DNA of 63,244 nt, the filler included, from Perkinsus chesapeaki ATCC PRA-425 (Eukaryota > Protista > Perkinsozoa), in NCBI GenBank assembly GCA_013115145.1. It is 6 parts of 6 records of this genome, joined end to end, with 100 filler letters (N's around TTAATTAATTAA, not from the genome) between each part and the next. Parts side by side here need not be neighbours in the genome. Positions count along the whole stretch, not along the records: positions 58,881 to 60,723 come from JAAPAO010001762.1; positions 60,824 to 63,244 come from JAAPAO010001610.1; 4 more parts are not named here. One strand, written 5' to 3'. Positions within the stretch are counted from its first letter, which is position 1; each line of letters opens with the position of its first letter. The translations under genes and the position numbers were made by a program. The notes under the pieces are model-generated. The model saw only the letters and a program-made list of their open reading frames with translations, had not been told where the DNA came from and did no database searches. Below are positions 59,048 to 63,244 of the stretch, one piece after another.

Positions 59048-60708
59048 CTTTACATAATTCAATATTTATATCTGGTATATCATCATCATCTAATATTAAT
59101 ACATCATCAAATGATAATAATGTTATATTATTATTGTTATGTTCCATCTTCTCTTTTCTAATCTTCTCTATTGAAGCTCTAATAATAATATATTAATAAT
59201 ATACTACTAGTACTATTACCTAAAACTATTCTTTAATATCTCCTGTGTTATAAATGCTATATGTTCTGGTATATATAATATTTCATAATCTTCTCCACCA
59301 TCATGTATTATAACCTATTATACCACTACTCATCAACATCAACAACATCAACATCAACATCTATATTATATATTATTTAACCTCTCTATTATATATTATT
59401 TAACATCTATATTATATATTATTTAACCTCTCTATTATATATTATTTAACATCTATATTATATATTATTTAACCTCTCTATTATATATTATTTAACATCT
59501 ATATTATATATTATTTAACATCTATATTATATATTATTTAACATCTATATTATATATTATTTAACATCTATATTATATATTATTTAACCTCTCTATTATA
59601 TATTATTTAACATCTCTATTATATATTATTTAACATCTCTATTATATATTATTTAACCTCTCTATTATATATTATTACTACCTTGGGACATGCACCATAA
59701 AATGATTTGAATAAAACTGCCAAACTATCTCCAACATCTTTTATTATTATTGATGGCTTGCATTTTTCCTGTAATAATTATTGGTAATAATAATAATCCT
59801 TAATATTAGTACCACTATTGATCCTGTTGTTCTATAATATGACTCTTGTCCATATACTTTATTATTATGATAATGATAATCATCATGTAAAGCAATATAA
59901 TGATCTAATTATTATTATTAATAGTCTTATTATTAATATTACCAATTAATAATCTTGTGCCTATTCTCATAATAAATAACTTATCAATAAATTCATTCAT
60001 TTCATCTAAACCTTCATAATACCTAGAATAAAAACAATATTAAATAATATTCATTAATAATAATATTTCATATCAATATTATTATTGATATATTATTACA
60101 TTAATTCCTTATGTCCCATTTGTATCCATTTAATAACATCTCTACCATTAATTGACTATATTAATATGGTTAATTATTAGAATACTTTTGACTATTATTA
60201 GTACTTGTGATTTCAATATATCCTTTAATTTATAACAATCTTCATATGTTGTTATATTATTAGATAATGACATTACTTCATTAAATGTATTCATATATAA
60301 TGTATATACCTTAATACCTATAATATAGATTATTAATATATCTATTATTACTTTATTAATATATCTATTATTTGTACACATATATGGTAAACGATGAAAG
60401 TCATATAAACGTTTGGCTAATCTATTTGGTATCTCATTTCTTAAAAACTAATAATAAAATATATAATATTAGTAGTAATAATAAATACATTTGACTGCTT
60501 TATCAATACTGATAGATAATTATTATTGTATTCTATATTATTATATTGTACCTAATAATATATTAATTTATATTCTATATTAATAATAATTGTTACTAAT
60601 GAACTCATCGTCAACAACGGTTTATTATTATATTTACCATATTTTACCATATTCTGTTAAGATGTTCCGTTCATTCTCTTGACGCAACTCGTTGATGGAT
60701 GCAGGCAT
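59048..60708 (-). CDS. Pyruvate dehydrogenase kinase / branched-chain ketoacid dehydrogenase kinase family, partial (3' end lost at gap), very AT-rich
   Basis: Spliced LIKQSN|FLRNEIPNRLAKRLYDFHRLP, YTLYMNTFNEV, EMNEFIDK, YIPEHIAFITQEILKNSL|RASIE and IPDINIELCK match the PDK/BCKDK N-domain and the start of the GHKL domain. Confidence 0.8.
59356..59677. repeat. 23-bp AT-rich minisatellite, 14 units, filling a PDK intron
   Basis: Unit AAC(A/C)TCT(A/C)TATTATATATTATTT within intron 59315-59681. Confidence 0.95.
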
Positions 60709-60823
60709 AATGAATGAGTGAGTNNNNNNNNNNNNNNNNNNNNNNNNNNNNNNNNNNNNNNNNNNNNTTAATTAATTAANNNNNNNNNNNNNNNNNNNNN
60801 NNNNNNNNNNNNNNNNNNNNNNN

Positions 60824-63007
60824 CTCTGGGCTATAGTTAATGAAGTGAGTTCTAAATACACACGAATGATGGGACACGACGGTCGTGTGACACGACTCGT
60901 GTCACGACCTTGCCGGACTTTGGTTCGTAACTTTCATTCAGGTGCCGCACACAGAACACTTTGGCGACATACTCGCACTCCAGTGCGAGCGAGATCCTGT
61001 GCTCCGCCACTGGTGCCAAACTCGCGATGCGAATGCTCGCTACACTTCACACCCAAGTATTTGCGAGTTCATCGACTCAATAGATCACATCTTGCACGAG
61101 AGAACCCGTGCATCTATCCAAGATGGAGTCTCCCGGTATGAAGCTTATTCGATTATAGTGGACGAGAGTTCATTTGTGGAAACCAGCCACTTGGCTATTT
61201 TCATAAGGTAAAGCCATAGCAGCCTACTGTAGCATACCTAAATAATGTAGGCTACAGTGACGATGTTCGTTTGATACTACGGGTTAAACACTAGATCAGA
61301 TACATGAGCAAAGCGGCGAAGGGTGGATACGAACCGACTGAGGCCTTGCTTGACGCGCGAGTAATCTCGTCTACCAAAGGGGCAGAAGTGGGCAGTGTTG
61401 TGAAGGAGACCGTCGAGGCGTTCGGACTGCGCCCCGAACATATGCGAGCTTTTAGTGGTAAGCTTAGGCTGGGCTGCTCAGCGGTGTAACCGGTGTAACT
61501 GATGAATACCATCAAACGATGATTTCACGGGAGGTTGTCGTCGTCGTGTGTTAATCAATGGTCGCAATGCTGCACTAAAAAGTCCATATCAGGTGATGAA
61601 GCGAGTGCGATCAGTAGCCCAGATGACGGAGCTTATGGCTATGTGCTCCGGAACATAAACCCCAAATGTGCATTTCAACACTGCAGGTGAGATCGGTTCA
61701 TCAGCTTCCCGACTCTTCCACAAGTTATTCTCAGTGCCCACCGCCTGGCACTTACCGCGCGAAGCGTCGCTGAGAACCACAACATTGTAAGTAACTTACT
61801 AGAGCAGTTACGAGAGCTATACAAGGTGTTTCATAAGTCAAACAAAAAATCTTCAGTATTATCGGAAGTTTGTTCGGAAACCGGGGAGCGCTATAGGTAC
61901 GTTAATCACATAATGTGATGGCTATTAACCGTTTGTAAGCAAACTTGGAAGCAGCCTTTCATTTTCAGGAAAATATTAAAGTGCGCGTCTACCAGATGGC
62001 TAAGTGCCGATCAATCGCTACGCAGGCTTCGCACTCAGTTCATTCCCGTTCTTCTTGCATTGAAGAAAATATCTGAGGATGCGTCATATCCAGCGCCGGA
62101 CAGGGCTCGTTGCAGAGGCCTACTTCGAGGACTTTTGAAGGAAGACACTCCTATGGTGTTGGTGTCTGTCGGCCTAATTCTCAGCAAGCTTGCTGGTCTA
62201 TCTCTCGACTTCCAGTCGTCACATATTGATATTGCGGCTAGTATCGCTAAAACAACTGTACTAATCCGTGATTTGGAAACCCTTGCCAATGAGCAAACCC
62301 TGCTTGCTGCTGTGTCAGAAGATGTTGCGCAGCTGAATCGCAAGCTTGATGAAAACGGATTATTCCCAGACCCTCAGAAGCGGCGAGCAGCAAGACCCGC
62401 AGATACACCTGTTACAACTTCTCTTACCAGCTATATCCATGACATCGTTGTCGAGCTCAAGGCTCGTTTTAAGGGTGATAACAAGCTACTTAGTCGCCTA
62501 TCGACTTTCGATGACCCAGTATGGAAAATGAAGGCTACTAGGGTGGCTGATGAGGTTGGTGTAGACGTGGAGATTATTAGAAAAGAAGCTGATGTCATTG
62601 GGAGGCACATTGAGTGCAGTGGGCTGAGAGAGAAGATGACCGAGTCCAAGGACCAAGCTGGTTGCTGGCAGGTGTTCTTGAACGATGCTTATACGATTAA
62701 TATGTTTCCAGGGCACACAGCTTTGGCCTCCACCTTCACCACCTACCCTCTTGGCTCAGTAGCATGCGAACGCTGTTTCTCTAGGTTCACTAGAACATCT
62801 AGCTCCCTGAGACGCGGACTCAGGTCCGATAGACTTAGCCAGCTCGTGAGAATCGGCACTAGAAGCCCCGAATTTCCTGGTGTGATGGAGCAAGAGTGGC
62901 CAAAGGATAACTCAAAGAAATCACATGATATGAATGCTTTCTTAGATGAAGTATACGCACACTGGTCGAGCACGCCTAGGAGGATCCTGAGCAAGGGAGT
63001 CCCTTGA
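60824..63007 (+). mobile_element. hAT-superfamily transposase gene with spliceosomal introns; 5' end at gap
   Basis: YTSHPSICEFI...YSIIVDES...LAIFIR (D1), AFS|GDEASA (D2), FQHC|SAHRLAL (CxxH), VRATRWLS, SVACERCFS...LR...RLSQL (catalytic E, hATC dimerisation). Confidence 0.85.
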
Positions 63008-63103
63008 AGGGACAAGGCTGAAACCGTGTTCTCTTGATTATTCCACTTTTCCCCGTCCTGTTTTGAGGTATGATTTTCTGCTTCGCAACTGTTGTGTTGA
63101 TAA

Positions 63104-63244
63104 ACATGTTCGCATTCCTAACTAAGAACTTTCCGCGCCATTGAAACGTTCCTCCTGGGAACACCTCATGTTCCTAATCAAGTCTACTAGGAAATGTTCC
63201 CGCCTCCTTCGGAGGCGCAAAACATGTTCCCCCCGGGAACATTG
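63104..63244. repeat. Short TGTTCC/GGAACA subterminal-type motifs downstream of the transposase
   Basis: ATGTTC(C/G) or CGTTCC five times and inverted GGGAACA twice within 140 bp. Confidence 0.5.

Overview
Eukaryotic, intron-rich protist DNA from a draft assembly. Introns are mostly short (about 45-60 bp, GT-AG). Gene content and style suggest a perkinsid alveolate such as Perkinsus; this is an inference, not a database match. There are seven N-gaps, five carrying an artificial TTAATTAATTAA stop linker. The left two-thirds is a tightly packed housekeeping region: PUF RNA-binding protein, class I aldolase, PRP40-like FF protein, VPS33, mitochondrial MDH, an SDR, a two-domain cathepsin Z, an intronless bacterial-type PHB-depolymerase/esterase, two patatin-like paralogues, an intronless ankyrin-repeat class II HDAC, an AGC kinase, a RING protein and a signal-peptide GNAT. 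The right third is accessory-like: a ~6 kb contig bounded by a perfect 72-bp inverted repeat (retroelement debris, a secreted repeat protein, an LTR-like unit with a hairpin cluster, a mucin-like pseudogene), an ALKBH1-like dioxygenase, a secreted protein with NLS-like motifs, an extremely AT-rich PDK/BCKDK gene with minisatellite-filled introns, and an intron-containing hAT transposase. Both tRNA genes (Asn-GTT, Val-CAC) appear to sit antisense inside enlarged introns of protein-coding genes, one of them a predicted tRNA-modifying enzyme. All exon structures were inferred by eye, so boundaries of multi-exon genes are approximate.
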